Assembly (NCBI RefSeq): GCF_004010195.1
Contig: NC_057757.1
Coordinates: 2,588,327-2,648,422 of the forward strand
Origin: Chiloscyllium plagiosum
Taxonomy: Eukaryota
Direction: 5' to 3'
Length of the DNA: 60,096 nt
Shown: positions 59,560 through 60,096 of the stretch, piece after piece
Position numbering within the stretch: the first letter of the stretch is position 1
Layout: every line of letters starts with the position of its first letter
Translations under genes and position numbers: made by a program
Notes under the pieces: generated by a model
Seen by the model: only the letters and a program-made list of their open reading frames with translations
What the model was told of the DNA's origin: nothing
The model's database searches: none

Positions 59560-60096
59560 AATTTATTTCCGCAACTACACTGGCCCCACCCCCCACCTTT
59601 TCCTCCGCTACATCGATGACTGTATCGGCGCCGCCTCGTGCTCCCACGAGGAGGTTGAACAGTTCATCCACTTCACCAACACCTTCCACCCCGACCTCAA
59701 ATTCACCTGGACAGTCTCAGATTCCTCCCTCCCCTTCCTTGACTTTCTATTTCTATCTCAGGCGACCGAATCAACACAGACATCTACTAAAAACCGATCG
59801 ACTCCCACAGCTACCTGGACGACACCTCCTCCCATCCTGCCCCCTGTAAAAACACCATCCCATTCTCCCAATTCCTTCGACTCCGCCACAACTGCTCCCA
59901 GGAGGACCAGTTCCAAAAAAGCACATCCCAGATGACCTCCTTCTTCAAGGACCGCAATTTCCCACCTCCCTCCAAGGCCCCAAAGGAAACTTCCATATCC
60001 GCCACAGATTCACCTGCACCTCCACACACATCATCTATTGCATCCTCTGCACCCGATGTGGCCCCCTCTATATTGGGGAGACAGGCCGCCGACTTG
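59560..60096 (+). mobile_element. Penelope-like element fragment (RT and GIY-YIG endonuclease start), internally deleted, runs off the window
   Basis: FLRYIDDCIG...LKFTWT...LPFLD; last frame reads FTCTSTHIIYCILCTRCGPLYIGETGRRL. Confidence 0.88.

Overview
Eukaryotic, repeat-rich window, most likely from a shark genome (inferred from many HE1-type V-SINEs plus CR1, Rex1, Tx1 and Penelope elements). It has four N-gaps. Four minus-strand genes were reconstructed by hand from splice sites: (1) complete LAMTOR4 (4 exons, 99 aa) with a CpG-island promoter; (2) a 3-coding-exon gene (about 1712 aa) joining a CARD6-type CARD to an intact URGCP/GVIN1-type very large GTPase, with an ISRE/GAS/NF-kB cluster upstream; (3) a complete TMEM272-like gene (179 aa); (4) the last exon of a tandem TMEM272-like paralog. 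The most unusual items are the CARD-VLIG GTPase; a Tx1/Keno-like retrotransposon headed by U2 snRNA nt 1-52 with most of the branch-point-recognition bases deleted, inserted off-target with a 15-17 bp TSD; and two families of dispersed minimal hammerhead-ribozyme motifs in short Penelope-related elements. All calls are by eye and from recalled family sequences; no searches or folding were run.
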